Below are positions 62,453-64,000 of a DNA stretch of 64,000 nucleotides, one piece after another. Origin of the DNA: Octopus sinensis (Eukaryota). Below the pieces are notes generated by a model. That model saw only the letters and a program-made list of their open reading frames with translations. It ran no database searches and was not told the origin of the DNA. The position numbers and the translations under genes are program-made. Location: the NCBI RefSeq assembly GCF_006345805.1, contig NC_043001.1:51708001-51772000 (forward strand). The letters run 5' to 3'. Within the stretch, counting starts at the first letter, position 1; each line of letters opens with the position of its first letter.

Positions 62453-63488
62453 AAAATCAGTTATATGTTCCTCTTTATTATTTATTAATACGGACATACA
62501 CATTTTATACATGAAGATTCTATACCTAAATACTGAGTAGAAATGTACGTTATGATTTTAATAACTTATTCAGTATTTGGTAGCGGTTCGGCAAAAGTAC
62601 CCGATAGAATAAGTGCTAAGCTTACAAAGAATAAGTTCTGGGGTCGATTTGCTCGACTAAAGGTGATGCTCCAGCATAGCCGCAGTCAAATGACTGAAAC
62701 AAGAAAAAGAATAAAAGAATATAATTCTTTCATGTGGTTATGTTTCGGAGATAGTCTCTCAAGTGTCAAATGAAAATCCTGTTTTATAGTTGTTTTATCT
62801 TCGCGTTCAACAATGGCCGGAACATTGTTTTATTTCTTTAATTTTTTTCGTATGCTGGTGATGCCGGCATTGTCTTTGATCTGCAATGCGTGTACGTGCG
62901 TGTTTGTATGTATGTATATATGCGAGTGAGTATGTGTTAGATTGTTCAGCTCTCTCGAGTAGATCAAAGACAACGAAAAAAAAAATAAAGAAACAAAAAG
63001 GTTTGGTTAATGTTTACATCTTGACCCGGAAATGAAAATCCAAAAATAAATATTGGAATAGGTGTAAAACAATGTGTAGGAAACGAATATGAAAAAAAAA
63101 ATAATAAATAAATAAATGCGCGCAAAGCAACGGGAGGGTGGGGAGAGGACTTCGGTAAATTCACAAGATCCGAGCTTTCCCTCATAACTTTTAGGAAAAT
63201 GGGTTTTTTTTCAATGAAATTTTATAGAAATACCTTTCAAACGGCATACATTAACCAAAAGGATTTGTTTACGCAAATTGCCGAACAAGTAGATAAAGCA
63301 GCCGCAAAATACGATTTTTATATGACACGCGGGAGACTGCGTTCCCGCACTTCTGTTCAGTGTCGTTGCTCAAGTCAAAATTTTCCTTACACAACAGTCT
63401 TAAAAAACATATTGGAAATTTTGATTTTGTCGACTACACAGTGCGGTAGGGTCAGTTGGGCACCGTCTGTGAAAAAACCAGCACCGTG

Positions 63489-63970
63489 ATGGAATTCACT
63501 CTGCCAGAAATTTAGAAACATGCTGTACTGCTTGGCGTACGCGCCGGAAGCTCCAATACAAACATTTCAGAGTGTTTAGGTGTCAATCTGAGGACATGTA
63601 CCGAGAGTAATAAAAATCAAACTTGATATTTAGAGTGATCACTAGCGTTGGCGACGTTATGCTTCTATTCATTTTGCCACACGCTTTCAGACTCAACACG
63701 GAGGCCTACATCATGTGCCTGGAGGACGTAGTGCTGCTCTGGATCAAGAGGGTGGCTGCTGAAAGACCTTATGTCAGGCAATTTTTGCGACCATATCATC
63801 TCCCACATCTGGCCACCTAACTCTCCAGACTACAACCTCCTGATGAACTGAAGACAAGGATTATGGCAGCATTCACTAATTTAAACAAAGAGACGGCCCA
63901 AAAGAGTTGCAGGAGATTCCGAAGTTGTCTGGAGGCCGTGGTTGAAGCCAATAACGATGTTATTGAATAA
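63489..63970 (+). mobile_element. Internally deleted maT-like (Tc1/mariner) transposase relic
   Basis: MEFTLPEI*KHAVLLGVRAGSSNTNISECLGVNLRT joined to VITSVGDVM..FRLNTEAYIMCLEDVVLLWIKRVAAERPYV, WPPNSPD, CLEAVVEA. Related to the 48.3-kb element. Confidence 0.8.
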
Positions 63971-64000
63971 ATTTACTAATTTACTCCTTAGCATTTCAAG

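Noticed and set aside
63530-63556. ETS-like CCGGAAG and CpG richness as a second promoter
   Set aside because: Lies within the coding start of a maT-like transposase relic

Overview
Eukaryotic, AT-rich, repeat-dominated non-coding DNA, almost certainly a coleoid cephalopod (Octopus). That assignment comes from my recollection of these SINE families, not from a database search. No intact protein-coding gene is visible. Most ORFs in the track are microsatellite or SINE artefacts, and the rest are decayed transposon proteins. Contents: at least 5 SINE families (local labels A-E), RTE, CR1 and Penelope-like (PLE) retrotransposon fragments, four Tc1/mariner-type elements plus a pogo-like relic, three non-autonomous Helitrons, several long fold-back palindromes, and one complete hAT element (52335-57255, TIRs plus 8-bp TSD) carrying three nested insertions. 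A SINE-free, CpG-rich block at about 50.0-52.3 kb looks like the 5' end of a minus-strand gene (ATG|GTGAGT at 50682-50674). Most interesting: four minimal type-I hammerhead-ribozyme-like motifs with the same architecture but different, co-varying stems. They lie in three non-autonomous repeat types, one of which joins a Pol III tRNA-like head to the ribozyme. A PLE reverse-transcriptase relic in the same window is a candidate mobiliser. All structures were read by eye, and no folding or homology search was run.
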